This document shows positions 35,997 through 46,623 of a stretch of 64,000 nt of DNA, one piece after another. The notes under the pieces were generated by a model. That model did no database searches, had not been told where the DNA came from, and worked only from the letters and a program-made list of their open reading frames with translations. The DNA comes from Meyerozyma guilliermondii. Its lineage: Eukaryota. The position numbers were made by a program, and so were the translations under genes. Position 1 is the stretch's first letter, and each line of letters begins with the position of its first letter. The stretch lies in NCBI GenBank assembly GCA_051546255.1, contig CP128820.1, positions 682,001 through 746,000 on the forward strand, given 5' to 3'.

Positions 35997-37865
35997 CTAT
36001 CTTCTCTTTCCCTTGCTCTCCTTGACCACAACCTCTCCAACTCCGCCCATGCTCTCCAAGTTGTCTTCTGCTACGCTCACCTGTTCTCTGCGCTCCCAGA
36101 ACCTATCTTCACACATGTCGAAGGCTGCCTTTTTCAAGTACTTTCCTCGGGCATCTCTGTTGCTGGAAATCGACCACTCGAGAAATTGGGCTCCAGTGCG
36201 GACGTAGAAGTCACGAAGACTCTCGAACGGCTTGGGATGAGGAAGCCATGGCCGAGCATCGGGAAATTCCTCCTCTACTTCTTCGGCTTCTTCCTCTTCC
36301 TCTTCCTCGTAGTCTTCGTTATCGTCGTTTTCGGCTTTTTCGCTTTCTGACTCGGACTCATACTCGTCCTCTTCATCATCTTCGTCGTCTTCCGAGTCCT
36401 CATCTTTCTGCTCCAACTCCTTCAAGTCTTCCCACAACACCTTCACGCCATCTAGTTTACCCAAGTCGATCGAGTAGAACGAGTCAAGGTTGAATTCTTT
36501 GTCGTTGCGCTCAAAAATTCCTCCAAAGATGTATAGGGTGTCGTCAGCAACACATACCGTTGCGTTGAATCGAGGATGAGGAAGCTGGTTCATGGTGGGT
36601 ATAGCAGCCGTTGCGGCGGCTTCCTCCTCCTCTTCTTGAAGCTTTAATCGGTCAATATCGCTGACTTCTTTTGCAGTTTCCTCATCTTCATCGTCGTCGT
36701 TCAACTTGGCTTTGGCCAATATAGAATTCAAGATCTCTTCCAAGTCCTCGTCTCTTGTCTTCTCCTTCACCTGAACTTGCTTCTTTCTCTGTGGCTTCAA
36801 CGACAAGTTGTACCACCTGTTGTTCTCTATATGGTACGAATACAAGTTGTTGTAGAACTCCGAGTCGATATCTTCTTCGTTTTCTTCGAAATCATAGACT
36901 CCGCCAAACATTATACCTCTGTTCTTGTGGTAGACCAACGAACAGCCAACCCGAGGAGATGGTACAAATCCTTGTTTTCGGCGTCGTTCAAATCGAATTG
37001 CTTTAGGATCCAGCTTCATTTTAAGAACCCAACTGTCGCTCAACACTTTACCCTTTTGAAGCGTTTTCTTGAATGGAACTTTACAATACCCTCCGTACAA
37101 AACTGCTCCTTCAGCACAGGGCAACAACGAGTGGCCAGAACGAGCATCGGGGATAGGGTGGTTTGGAGGGAATTCCACTTGGGACCATTTATAATTGGTG
37201 ATATCAAACAACCACAAATCGTTCAAGTAGGTGGTTCTAGCACCCAAATCTCTAAATCCTCCATGCATTATAATGTAGTTTTTCCAGCATGCGAGCCGAT
37301 GACCAGAACGAGCCGACGGACCGTTTCTCTGTTCGATTTTAGTCCATTCCTTGTCTTCTCCGTCAAGAATCCAGGTATCACCATAGTGGTAAAAAGTCGA
37401 TTGTTTCGGCGAAGAAAACTCACCTCCAAACAAAAGAACCACTCCAGAAGGATGTGCACACATAGCATGCGACGATCTGGGCAAAGGAGCGTTTTTGGAA
37501 GAAACTTTCCTCCAGATTCGATTGTCAATTGAGTAGGTGAACAAGTCGTTGTAGAATTTGGAATTGGACCCTTCCACGGTTTCGCCACCAAACAACAAAA
37601 GTTCTCGCTTGGAGGGGTTGGTGACCAACGTGGGGTTCATTCTCTTGGACGGTCTGTTGCAAACCTCGATTGTTACAGCCTGAAAAGCTTCTTGTTCCTT
37701 AGCATACTGTTCAAGAATAGCATCTATATCCTGATCATCTTCGTCCTCGCCGAGCTTTTTTGCCTGTTTCTTGTTCTTGACCTCAGCCTTGGACAAGTTT
37801 TTCTTTTGTTTTTCGGCGGTTCTGGCCTTCTTGGCCTCCTTCGATTTCTTGTCTTTCTTCGCCAT
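35997..37865 (-). CDS. KEL3: Kelch-repeat protein (KLHDC4-like) with acidic tail
   Basis: Kelch blades (LFGGE, PRSSH, ARSGH, PRVG) and C-terminal LPHPKPFESLRDFYVRT. Start MAKKDKK. Confidence 0.9.
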   Translation of the reverse strand: MAKKDKKSKEAKKARTAEKQKKNLSKAEVKNKKQAKKLGEDEDDQDIDAILEQYAKEQEAFQAVTIEVCNRPSKRMNPTLVTNPSKRELLLFGGETVEGSNSKFYNDLFTYSIDNRIWRKVSSKNAPLPRSSHAMCAHPSGVVLLFGGEFSSPKQSTFYHYGDTWILDGEDKEWTKIEQRNGPSARSGHRLACWKNYIIMHGGFRDLGARTTYLNDLWLFDITNYKWSQVEFPPNHPIPDARSGHSLLPCAEGAVLYGGYCKVPFKKTLQKGKVLSDSWVLKMKLDPKAIRFERRRKQGFVPSPRVGCSLVYHKNRGIMFGGVYDFEENEEDIDSEFYNNLYSYHIENNRWYNLSLKPQRKKQVQVKEKTRDEDLEEILNSILAKAKLNDDDEDEETAKEVSDIDRLKLQEEEEEAAATAAIPTMNQLPHPRFNATVCVADDTLYIFGGIFERNDKEFNLDSFYSIDLGKLDGVKVLWEDLKELEQKDEDSEDDEDDEEDEYESESESEKAENDDNEDYEEEEEEEAEEVEEEFPDARPWLPHPKPFESLRDFYVRTGAQFLEWSISSNRDARGKYLKKAAFDMCEDRFWERREQVSVAEDNLESMGGVGEVVVKESKGKRR

Positions 37866-38062
37866 GAAGATGAATTTTTCGCGCGAATTTGCAGCCGAAA
37901 ACAGAGGCAAGAAAATAAAGAGAGAAGAAGATAAATAGAAAATAAAGAGAGAAGAAAATGAATAGAACAGAAATTGTGAGTTGACAAAATCAGAAAACAT
38001 CGACATTCTACCTAACAGAACATAAACAGCCAAACGAAGAAACAAGAAAACAATCCTCAAAA

Positions 38063-39799
38063 CTAGACAATAAGCGCAAGTGCAACACTGACACCAATCA
38101 TCTTCCACGAAGCAGTGTAGCCATTGGCCTCACCAAAATGGACCAGATGGGTCGTAGAGTTACTGCGAGTGCTCGACGAGCTCACCGCCTTGTTCACGGG
38201 AGTGCTCAACGTGGGAGCAGTGGTAACACCAGCTGGAGTCGATGGAACAGACTTGGTCGAAACCACAGCCGAGGTTACTGGAGGAATCGAAGTCAAAGTT
38301 TGTGGCACGGAAGAAATCTTGGTGGAGGACTCGCAGTCGTCAGAGACGGACGAGGAAGGCACCGAGGAAACTGAAGAACGAATCGAAGAAATCACCGAAG
38401 AAAACGAAGAAACCGACGAAGTCACTGAAGAAATCACAGAAGAAGTCTTGCTCGCTGGGACAGAAGAAGTCGCTGAAGAAGCCGAAGTCTTGGTCGAAGA
38501 CTCACAGTCGTCAGTGGTCGAGGTGTGGTGGTGCTCGTGGTCTCTCTTGACAATGGTGGTCTCGTCACAAGGCTCAGTCTTGGAAACTACAGTGCTAGTA
38601 GTTTCACAGTCGTCAGTCTTGGTAGTGGAGATTTCAGTGGTACAGGGCTCAGTCTTGGTAGAGGTGGTCACCTCATCGTCACAGGGCTCAGTCTTCTGAC
38701 TCTTCTTCTTACCACCCTTCTTCTTCATGATCTTGTTCTTGTACTGAAGAATATTTCTCTTGTCCTTGTCGTCACAGTCGTCATCTTCCTTCGACGACTT
38801 TCCACCATGCTTCTTGTTCATCTTGGATTTCACCTTTTCCTTGATCACTTGCTTCTTCGAAGGTTCATCGTCCTTGTCGTCACAGTCCTCGTCGTCCTGC
38901 TTACCACCTTTCTTGGCTTCAATCTTGGACTTCACTTTTTCCTTGATCACTTGCTTCTTCGAAGGTTCCTCGTCCTTGCCGTCACAATCGTCGTCCTTCT
39001 CGTCACCGCCATGTTTGGCCCCCCACTTGGACTTGAACTTTTCCTTGAACACTTGCTTCTTTGAAGGCTCTTCATCCTTGTCGTCGCAGTCTTCGTCCTT
39101 GCCAGAATCATCACCTTTGTTCATGAAAGGAAGCCCTCTCTTTTCATTGTCGTCACAGTCATCGTCATCCTTCTTACCACCCTTCGACTTTCCACCGTGC
39201 TTCTTGTTCATCTTGGACTTCACCTTTGTCATCACCTTTTCCTTTTTCGAAGGTTCCTCGTCCTTGCCGTCACAATCGTCGTCGTCCTGCTTACCACCTT
39301 TCTTGGCTTCTATCTTGGACTTCAACTTTTCCTTGATCACTTGCTTCTTTGAAGGTTCCTCATCCTTGTCGTCACAGTCATCATCGTCCTTAGAGTCACC
39401 TTTGTTCATGAAAGGAAGACCTCTCTTCTCATTGTCGTCACAGTCATCGTCATCCTTCTTACCACCCTTCGACTTTCCACCGTGCTTCTTGTTCATCTTG
39501 GACTTCACCTTTGCCATCACCTTTTCCTTTTTCGAAGGCTCTTTGTCCTTACCATCACAATCGTCGTCATCCTTGGAGTCATGTTTCTTCATGAAAGGAA
39601 ATCCTCTTTTATCCAAAGGCGCGCCAGTAACACTAGCCAAAGGCTCACCAGTAGCACTCAAGGTAACAGTCTGGTCAATGGTCTTGGTAGAGGTAGTAAC
39701 CGTGGTAAGAGTGACATTGTTATGGTCACAGTCAGGAACAAAGTAGGCTTGGGCTTGAAGAGCTAAGGCGATGTAAAGTGCAGTTGAACGGAACAACAT
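38063..39799 (-). CDS. Secreted, putatively GPI-anchored repeat protein with five KR (Kex2-type) sites
   Basis: Signal peptide MLFRSTALYIALALQAQA, KR ending at aa 65, 126, 221, 348 and 419, DDDDCD/Lys-rich repeats, Ser/Thr stalk, and a GEANG + hydrophobic tail (MIGVSVALALIV). Confidence 0.85.
   Translation of the reverse strand: MLFRSTALYIALALQAQAYFVPDCDHNNVTLTTVTTSTKTIDQTVTLSATGEPLASVTGAPLDKRGFPFMKKHDSKDDDDCDGKDKEPSKKEKVMAKVKSKMNKKHGGKSKGGKKDDDDCDDNEKRGLPFMNKGDSKDDDDCDDKDEEPSKKQVIKEKLKSKIEAKKGGKQDDDDCDGKDEEPSKKEKVMTKVKSKMNKKHGGKSKGGKKDDDDCDDNEKRGLPFMNKGDDSGKDEDCDDKDEEPSKKQVFKEKFKSKWGAKHGGDEKDDDCDGKDEEPSKKQVIKEKVKSKIEAKKGGKQDDEDCDDKDDEPSKKQVIKEKVKSKMNKKHGGKSSKEDDDCDDKDKRNILQYKNKIMKKKGGKKKSQKTEPCDDEVTTSTKTEPCTTEISTTKTDDCETTSTVVSKTEPCDETTIVKRDHEHHHTSTTDDCESSTKTSASSATSSVPASKTSSVISSVTSSVSSFSSVISSIRSSVSSVPSSSVSDDCESSTKISSVPQTLTSIPPVTSAVVSTKSVPSTPAGVTTAPTLSTPVNKAVSSSSTRSNSTTHLVHFGEANGYTASWKMIGVSVALALIV
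38756..39604 (-). repeat. Intragenic tandem repeat array (~100-bp modules, 285-bp higher-order duplication)
   Basis: Near-identical blocks begin at 39111 and 39396, and there are six EPSKK-containing modules. Confidence 0.88.
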
Positions 39800-40159
39800 T
39801 GAACTCTGGCAATCGCTGGCTTGTCACTGCTCTTAAATACATTCATGGTGATAAACACCCGGTGAAAAATTTCATTCCAATTGCTTGATCTATGCAAGTT
39901 GCAACCTAAAACTATTAGAAGGTTGTTGCTCGATTTCGCAACCAAAAACGTTCGCGTGCGTCGACTTGCAGCAGGTTGCGAAAAAAATCTATATTTAGGA
40001 AATCACAACGGCTACCGAGAAACTTTAGTTGCAAAAGTACAGCAGACTTCAGAGTGCTTTTGCATAGCAATACTTGCAGTACCGTGGTGGTTAGCCCGTA
40101 TTCCGACTTTGGCGACCAATGCACTTTTTTGGGTATCGACCAGGTTGCATGGAGCCGCA

Positions 40160-41683
40160 TCAGACCGAGATGGTTTTCCAGACGTTCAACCCGTCTCCTC
40201 CAGTGGAAACCAAGCATCCTGGAATCTGCTTGTGCCATCTAACATCCTTGACATCTCGTTGCCAGTGCACAAAGAGCAATTGTGGAGGAATATCATGGAG
40301 TTCTTTGAAGTCGTTTCGCTGGTTTTTGATCTCTTCATCGTCGGCTTCCACTGCCAAGTCCCATAACGTCACTGTGTTGTCCTCGGAAGAAACTGCAAGA
40401 ATAGACTCGTCGAGCGGGTTGAAGGAAATCGACGTAATAGGCGATTTATGGAAATCGTAGTTAGCCACGGGTGATGGTTGCTCCTTACCGTTGAAGTTAC
40501 GCAAGTCCCAGATACTCCACGACCCATCATCGTGGCCCGAGGCAAGAAGATAGTTGATTTTTTCACACCAAGAAATGACATTTACGTCTGTGGTGGAAGC
40601 CGCAACGCTGATTGCGGGTTTGTGTTTCTTGGATCGAGTGTCCCAAATACGAACATAGCCGTCTGTTCCTCCCGTGGCGAACACCGTAGACTCGCCGGTA
40701 GACCACTGGATATCTTCTATAGATGCCTGAGAAGCGGTAAATGGGGTCTTGTCGGTGGTCCAACTACTGGTGGTTCTGGACGTCAAGTGCACTCTTCCAG
40801 AGCAGTCTCCCGTGAGAAGAGCACCTGTATTTATCAAGGGAGACCAGTCGAGCCCGTAGCCCTCGACATTTCCATGGGCTCGAATTGTGTGAATTGGACG
40901 TTTTGCCTGCTTGGGAATCATATACCCAGGAGTATCGAACGCCTTCATTTGGGGTGCCAAGTCGTATATCAACACTTCACCACTCTCAGACATGGTCGCC
41001 GTCAAGTACTCGCCTGTTTCAAGAGAATGGGGAGAAACTCGGATTCTATTGGTGGTATGCTTGAGAGGAATTTGCTCGCTGTCCATGATGGGGTCTACGT
41101 CATAGTCGTCGTCGTCATCGTCGTCATCTTCGTCGTCTTCATCTTCGTCTTTGACTAGAGTCTTGGCAAGCGAAGACAATTTCATGCTGATAAGTTCGTT
41201 GTCTTTGGATCTGGATGCCTGGGTAGCAGTTGCAACATAGAGACTGGCGGGAAAAGACCGTCTTTCCGAACCGAGATTGTCGGGCAAAATATCCACCGTC
41301 AAACACGGCCATGGAAGATTGATATTGTGGAGCATATTGTAGACTGAAGGATCAGCTTCAAGCACTTCATCGGGTCCCAAAGGTTTGGACTTGTGGGGTA
41401 AATATATTTCCGGTTCCTGAGCTTTCTGTGTATCTTTTTGCATCTCCACGTCACCACTCTTATCTTCCTCGTCCATTTCTTCGCCAACTCCATCGGAATC
41501 TACCTCGATGATCTCTTCGTCGCTCTCAAAATCGTCTCCGTAAGGGTCCTCGAACTCGCCCATTTCCGCATCTTCGGCACCATTGGAAGCCTCACGTATG
41601 GAGGTTGGCACCGAGTCTTCGTTGATCTTGGCGGCACGGCGCCCGGAGTCCTCGAGATCGTTGGTGGCTGACCGTTTCGACAT
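40160..41683 (-). CDS. RRB1: Ribosome assembly WD40 protein (GRWD1 orthologue)
   Basis: [49 protein letters not shown]. Confidence 0.95.
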   Translation of the reverse strand: MSKRSATNDLEDSGRRAAKINEDSVPTSIREASNGAEDAEMGEFEDPYGDDFESDEEIIEVDSDGVGEEMDEEDKSGDVEMQKDTQKAQEPEIYLPHKSKPLGPDEVLEADPSVYNMLHNINLPWPCLTVDILPDNLGSERRSFPASLYVATATQASRSKDNELISMKLSSLAKTLVKDEDEDDEDDDDDDDDYDVDPIMDSEQIPLKHTTNRIRVSPHSLETGEYLTATMSESGEVLIYDLAPQMKAFDTPGYMIPKQAKRPIHTIRAHGNVEGYGLDWSPLINTGALLTGDCSGRVHLTSRTTSSWTTDKTPFTASQASIEDIQWSTGESTVFATGGTDGYVRIWDTRSKKHKPAISVAASTTDVNVISWCEKINYLLASGHDDGSWSIWDLRNFNGKEQPSPVANYDFHKSPITSISFNPLDESILAVSSEDNTVTLWDLAVEADDEEIKNQRNDFKELHDIPPQLLFVHWQRDVKDVRWHKQIPGCLVSTGGDGLNVWKTISV

Positions 41684-41699
41684 GACGCTAGAAATTTTA

Positions 41700-41750
41700 T
41701 TTGCAATTTTTCGGCCTCATCGAATTTCGCGCGCACTGGCGATGAGATGC
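41700..41750. promoter_or_regulatory. Bidirectional RRB1/PRP6 promoter with two opposed PAC motifs
   Basis: CTCATCG at 41716-41722 and GCGATGAG at 41739-41746 within a 94-bp spacer. Confidence 0.6.
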
Positions 41751-41777
41751 GAACCTGGTTAGACGCTTGTTAGTGGC

Positions 41778-44402
41778 ATGAGTAGGCCCGCTTTCTTGGA
41801 TCAGGAGGCTCCCAAGGGCTATGTGGCTGGTATAGGCCGTGGAGCTACCGGATTTACCACCAGTGCAGACACAGGAGCCGTGAGGATCGAAGACGACATA
41901 GAGGACGACGGACCCAAAATCGACGATGATTCTGGTTTGTTAGCACGCCGAGGAAAAGGCGATGCGGCCGAGGAAGAAGCCGATAAGATCTACGAGGACA
42001 TCGAGCGACGGCTTCTTGAAAAAAAGCGTAAAAAAAACGAACAATTGGTGGAAAGACCACCTTCTGACGACCCGGTGTCGCAGTTTGTGGATCTAAAACG
42101 AGATCTTTCTCAAGTCACACGGGACCAATGGGCAGCATTGCCTGAGGTGGGTGATCTCACGAGACGTAATAAGCGTATGCGTTTGCTTGAGAAGCAACAA
42201 CAGAGATTTTATGCCGTTCCTGACAGTGTTTTAACTGGCTTGGGATCGTCACAGACAACCAACTTTGCTTCCATTTCACAGGGAAAGGACAAAATCTTAA
42301 GCCAGCGGCTAGACGAGCTCCTACCGCAAGCCCAGGGCACCACAGATATCGTTGAGGAACAGGATTCCGACATGGACTCACAAATCGCTGATGCCAATCG
42401 CACTCGCTTGGTGTTGAATTCGCTTCGAAGAACGGCTCCAAACAAAGCCAGCTCGTGGATAGCCTCTATTAGAGTCGAGGAGCAAGCAAAGAACTTTTCC
42501 GCTGCAAAAAGGCTCGCGGTACAAGCGTGCCAGAAGGTGCCTCAGAGTGAAGAAGTCTGGCTCGAGAGTATTAGAATTCACCAGAAATCTTTGCAATCTA
42601 GCTACGAGTGCAAAAGCATTGCCAACAGTGGTCTCAAGTTCAATCCCAAATCCGTCAGTCTCTGGTTGAAATTGTACGACTTGGAATCTAATTCGGATAC
42701 CTTCACAAAACGCAAGGTACTAATGAGAGCCATTGAGAACCTCCCTCGTGTTCCAGAACTATGGAAAAAACTCGTGCAAGAAGAAGAGAATGGTGAAGAG
42801 AAGCGCAAATTGGTTCTTAAAGCCGTGGAATTATGCCCGCTGGATTGGGATCTCCGTCGTATTTTGGTCTCTCTTTCCGACTACAAGGAGAGCAAAAATA
42901 TCCTCAACGATGCCCGAAAGGTTATGGGTGGTAATCCGCAATTGTGGGTCACAGCCGTAGAGTTGGAAGAAAAACACAACCCAGAAGTTCTGGAAACAAA
43001 ATTAGTGTCGATGATGAAAAAAGGTATGAGCGAAGTACTGAAAGTCGAAGAATCAGATCATGCCAATGTAGATTGGATAAAGTACGCGATGGCTGCCGAA
43101 GATGAGAACTACCTCAAGACATGCCATGCTTTGACAACGGCAGCTTTTCATACTCAATCTGAAGAACTTTTGGACCTTCCTGGCTGGATACAGAAGGCAC
43201 AAGATTCTTCAAAATCTCATAAGAACACTGCTAAATTCATTTACCAGGCAATAGTGGAAAAGTTCCCGAATGACATTGATATCTGGTTACTTCTCTTTGA
43301 GTCTCTGAAGGGAGAAATGCCAACATTGGTGCAACACTACAAGCATGCGATCGAATTGAATCCTGGTGAAGAATTGTTCCGTTTGATGTACGCCAAGGAT
43401 CTTTGGAAACTAGCAGGCGATGTAGGTGGGGCAAGAAGTGTTTTACTGTCTGCTAACAAAGTACTACCTCAAAGTGAAGAAATTTGGCTTGCTATGGCCA
43501 AACTCGAAATCATGAACCAACAGTGTAAAGATGCTGGAGTCATCTTTGAACGGGCATTGAAAGAGAAAGCTAAGGACTCTCCTCGTATCTGGTACAAATA
43601 CATTCATTACCAGCGATACATGTACTACAAGAAGGAATTATCGTCAGACAAACTAATTGAGATTGTGGAAGAGGCATTGAATAATTTTCCCCAAAACAGT
43701 AAATTGCACCTACAGAAGAGCCAGATATTTTCGCTGGACGTTAACGATCACCAAAAAGCAAGACTGGCACTATCCCAAGCGGTTAAAATTTGTCCTCAGT
43801 CTGTACCACTCTGGATTTCACTTTCTCAGTTGGAAGAAATGCAGTTCAAAAATTTGCTAAAAGCGAGATCCACTTTGGATTTGGCTCTCTTGAAGAACCC
43901 AGATAGTGATCTCTTGTGGGTCCATAAAGTGCAGCTAGAAAGAAGAGCAGGAGATACCGTTGCTGCTTCGCAAATGTGCTCGAGAGCCTTACAAAAATTT
44001 CCCAATTCCCCTCTACTTTGGGTAGAGCAATTGTCATTGATCACCAAGCTGTCACAGAAAAAGAACAGTTTTTTGGATGCCCTTCAAAAAACGAAGAATT
44101 CCTCGGAGGTTTTAGTCGCGATCGGAAGGTCGTTTTACATGGAAGGAAAATACTCCAAAGCCGAACAATGGTTTCAAAGAAGTGTCGATGCTGAAAGTGA
44201 GAACGGAGATGCCTGGAGCTGGCTCTACAAGGTATTGGGAAGTTTGGGAAAAAGTGATCGTAGACTGGAAATCTCGAAGAAAGTTGATTCGCTCTATGAT
44301 TCTATAAGCAAAGGTTTCATTTGGATCAAATGTAAAAAGGACCCAAAGAACCTTACTTGCTCTGGAACGGAGATCTTGGAGGCCACTGCAAAGGCTATTT
44401 AA
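41778..44402 (+). CDS. PRP6: U5/tri-snRNP HAT/TPR splicing factor
   Basis: N-terminal FLDQEAPKGYVAGIGRGATGFTT, EEADKIY and WAALPEVGDLT, followed by HAT repeats. Confidence 0.94.
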   Translation: MSRPAFLDQEAPKGYVAGIGRGATGFTTSADTGAVRIEDDIEDDGPKIDDDSGLLARRGKGDAAEEEADKIYEDIERRLLEKKRKKNEQLVERPPSDDPVSQFVDLKRDLSQVTRDQWAALPEVGDLTRRNKRMRLLEKQQQRFYAVPDSVLTGLGSSQTTNFASISQGKDKILSQRLDELLPQAQGTTDIVEEQDSDMDSQIADANRTRLVLNSLRRTAPNKASSWIASIRVEEQAKNFSAAKRLAVQACQKVPQSEEVWLESIRIHQKSLQSSYECKSIANSGLKFNPKSVSLWLKLYDLESNSDTFTKRKVLMRAIENLPRVPELWKKLVQEEENGEEKRKLVLKAVELCPLDWDLRRILVSLSDYKESKNILNDARKVMGGNPQLWVTAVELEEKHNPEVLETKLVSMMKKGMSEVLKVEESDHANVDWIKYAMAAEDENYLKTCHALTTAAFHTQSEELLDLPGWIQKAQDSSKSHKNTAKFIYQAIVEKFPNDIDIWLLLFESLKGEMPTLVQHYKHAIELNPGEELFRLMYAKDLWKLAGDVGGARSVLLSANKVLPQSEEIWLAMAKLEIMNQQCKDAGVIFERALKEKAKDSPRIWYKYIHYQRYMYYKKELSSDKLIEIVEEALNNFPQNSKLHLQKSQIFSLDVNDHQKARLALSQAVKICPQSVPLWISLSQLEEMQFKNLLKARSTLDLALLKNPDSDLLWVHKVQLERRAGDTVAASQMCSRALQKFPNSPLLWVEQLSLITKLSQKKNSFLDALQKTKNSSEVLVAIGRSFYMEGKYSKAEQWFQRSVDAESENGDAWSWLYKVLGSLGKSDRRLEISKKVDSLYDSISKGFIWIKCKKDPKNLTCSGTEILEATAKAI

Positions 44403-44464
44403 TCAAAATCTTAAATGAAAAAGGTTTTATTAGCTTCTAATATTACATTTATAGTACACTATGC

Positions 44465-46435
44465 TTAGGCATTCCTGTTTTGCATGCTCAATGTCAACGC
44501 ACTCAAGAAACACGGAATCTCATCTTGTTCTGTTACCCATTGAGTCACTAAGGTTTCACACTTTGATTTGAACTCGTAGCTTCCATAAGCTTTCAAAGAT
44601 TTCGTTCCCGTGTCCAACAATAAATAGTCGTTTTTGGGTTCGTCGGAAGGTTTGTATCTTGATACAAGCTTCATCCTCGATAACATATCATTGGGGTTAA
44701 TGGGGTTTGCAATAAATTCGATGTTGTAGCCAAAGTACTTTGAGATTACCGAAAGAACATCGCGGCTCTTTTGCGAGTAGATTGACTTGAGTCGATTATT
44801 ACGCTTTGACAAAGACTCGATTTCGGTTTTCAACTGCTGCTTGTCGCATTCTTGTCTCTCAAATACCGCTCGTGGGATACTTTTCACCTCTTCATTTTCC
44901 ACATATTTTTTCATAAGGTTCTCATTCTCATGCCTAAGTGCATCAAGCATTGCCTGCTTGACTATCTGGTCTTGAGAAGCAGGATTGAGACGCAACTGTA
45001 GGGTGTGCAACAGCTCTCTCTTGTCCTTTAGTTGCTGGTATTCCTTGAGTCTGGCCTGAACGCTTTCTACTTCTTCTTCTAGAGTTTTAACTTTCGCTCG
45101 CAAGCGGACATTTTCTCCTTCCAAAGAGGTTATGCTCGTTCTGAGGGGAGACTCATACGCTGGACGTTTGTTTCCGGCTTCAAAATTTGGAGTGGGTTGC
45201 TTTGCTCTAGCTTGCAAGTTGTTTATCTCGGCCCGGCAATCATCAAGAAGCTTTTGAAGGTTCTGCACATGCGACCCATTGACATCTGCTGGAGCATCGG
45301 CAGTTTTCTTTTGAGCTATAAGCGTATCTTGTTGCTTGAGCAGGTCTCTCAAAAAATTGATCTCTTTCACGTTAAGTAGTTTTTGACGTTCCAACTTCTC
45401 TATCAATTGCTGGCGCGAGTCGACCACCTCCTGAAGCGTCCGAATCTTCTGCTGCAATTCTCCATTGGTAGCCATATGTTCAGCAAGCTGTGATTGTGTG
45501 TCGGTTAGGTGTATCTGGCACTCATCAAATTTGGACTGAAGAACCAAGTTGGTGTTTTGGAGATTCTTGTAGTTGTCCATGAAGCTGTATATGCGATCTT
45601 CAGTTGATGTGCCGTTGCCTTTGATTGTATGGGAGTCGATAATATCGAAATAAGCGTCGAATCTGGCTTTCAACTCCAAGTGGTCCACTTCAAGCTGGCA
45701 GTACTTCTCCTCATATGGCTCCAACATGGCTACTTTTTTGGTCAAGGAAATGTTCTTTTCGCGGAGCAAGTCTGCGGACTCTTTTTGCTTGAGAAGCTCA
45801 TTAATTTTCTGCTGCTGGTCGGTGGTGGTCCGCTGCAATTGGAATAGTTTCTGCTGGAGAATTTCCGAAGCGGTTCCAGAAGACATTTGGCTGCCTATCA
45901 AGTTGAGTTTATCCATCAAATGGTCATTTGTCTTGCGGAGGCTCTTGTTTCCCTCCTCCAAGTCGTCTATTTTGTCTTGTAGCTGCTCGGCTACCTCTTC
46001 ATGGTACTTGGAATCAGCCCGCAATTGCTCGTAAAGCCTACGAATGTTGTTGTATTTGCTTTCTAGCGCCGAATTGCGCTCCACCAAGTCGTTTCGCTCG
46101 ATTTTGGCGTCTTTTAGTTGTGTTTTTAATTCGTCAAAATGGGTCTGTTGGATGGACTGAGCATTGTCGTACTTGGACTGGAGTTGTTCTCGCTGCTTAT
46201 ACAAAAAGTCAAAGTCGCTCTGCAACGTGCTGAGTTCCAGGTTCTTCTGGGTGATGAGCTCCTCACACTTGGACACGAGCAGTTCCTTTTCTTGGTGATA
46301 GAGCTTCTTTTCAGTGCGAAGCGAAGTGAGCTGGAATTCCAATTGCGACACTTTTTGGCGCAAGCTGTGGTCCGATGTGGTATCTAGCAGTAGTCGGGGG
46401 TGTTCCACGAACGGCGAGGACCCCGAAGAGGACAT
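44465..46435 (-). CDS. MAD1: Spindle checkpoint protein Mad1
   Basis: Long coiled coil, Mad2-interaction-like LHTLQLR(S)NP, RLK motif (NNRLKSIY), FGYNIEF, and C-terminal EIPCFLSALTL. Confidence 0.9.
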   Translation of the reverse strand: MSSSGSSPFVEHPRLLLDTTSDHSLRQKVSQLEFQLTSLRTEKKLYHQEKELLVSKCEELITQKNLELSTLQSDFDFLYKQREQLQSKYDNAQSIQQTHFDELKTQLKDAKIERNDLVERNSALESKYNNIRRLYEQLRADSKYHEEVAEQLQDKIDDLEEGNKSLRKTNDHLMDKLNLIGSQMSSGTASEILQQKLFQLQRTTTDQQQKINELLKQKESADLLREKNISLTKKVAMLEPYEEKYCQLEVDHLELKARFDAYFDIIDSHTIKGNGTSTEDRIYSFMDNYKNLQNTNLVLQSKFDECQIHLTDTQSQLAEHMATNGELQQKIRTLQEVVDSRQQLIEKLERQKLLNVKEINFLRDLLKQQDTLIAQKKTADAPADVNGSHVQNLQKLLDDCRAEINNLQARAKQPTPNFEAGNKRPAYESPLRTSITSLEGENVRLRAKVKTLEEEVESVQARLKEYQQLKDKRELLHTLQLRLNPASQDQIVKQAMLDALRHENENLMKKYVENEEVKSIPRAVFERQECDKQQLKTEIESLSKRNNRLKSIYSQKSRDVLSVISKYFGYNIEFIANPINPNDMLSRMKLVSRYKPSDEPKNDYLLLDTGTKSLKAYGSYEFKSKCETLVTQWVTEQDEIPCFLSALTLSMQNRNA

Positions 46436-46623
46436 GGTGAAAAAGTGAGGTTGAGGTGAGGTTGAATGAGATTGAGATGCGGTTCTGAGATTGAGATTGA
46501 GCTGAATTTGAATGTTCGCGCAGGGCGAGCGGAGTGCACGCGAGAAAACCGCGGAGGTGTGGAGCGATTTGGTGCGAAATCACAGCTTGATAGTGACACT
46601 GACCAATCCTAACACACCACGAT

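Noticed and set aside
37866..38108. 81-aa upstream extension of KEL3 overlapping the neighbouring gene's end
   Set aside because: It is a pyrimidine-rich low-complexity spacer that lacks stops by composition, and the F/L/S-rich translation is not Kel3-like.
38124..39746. Long plus-strand ORFs (191, 179 and 328 aa) antisense to the repeat gene
   Set aside because: These are shadows of a repetitive, codon-biased gene. The minus-strand frame has the signal peptide, KR sites and GPI tail.
46446..46505. TGAG-type short repeats in the MAD1/MMS2 spacer, and (GT)n at 6780-6794
   Set aside because: These are simple low-complexity sequence with no further supporting structure.
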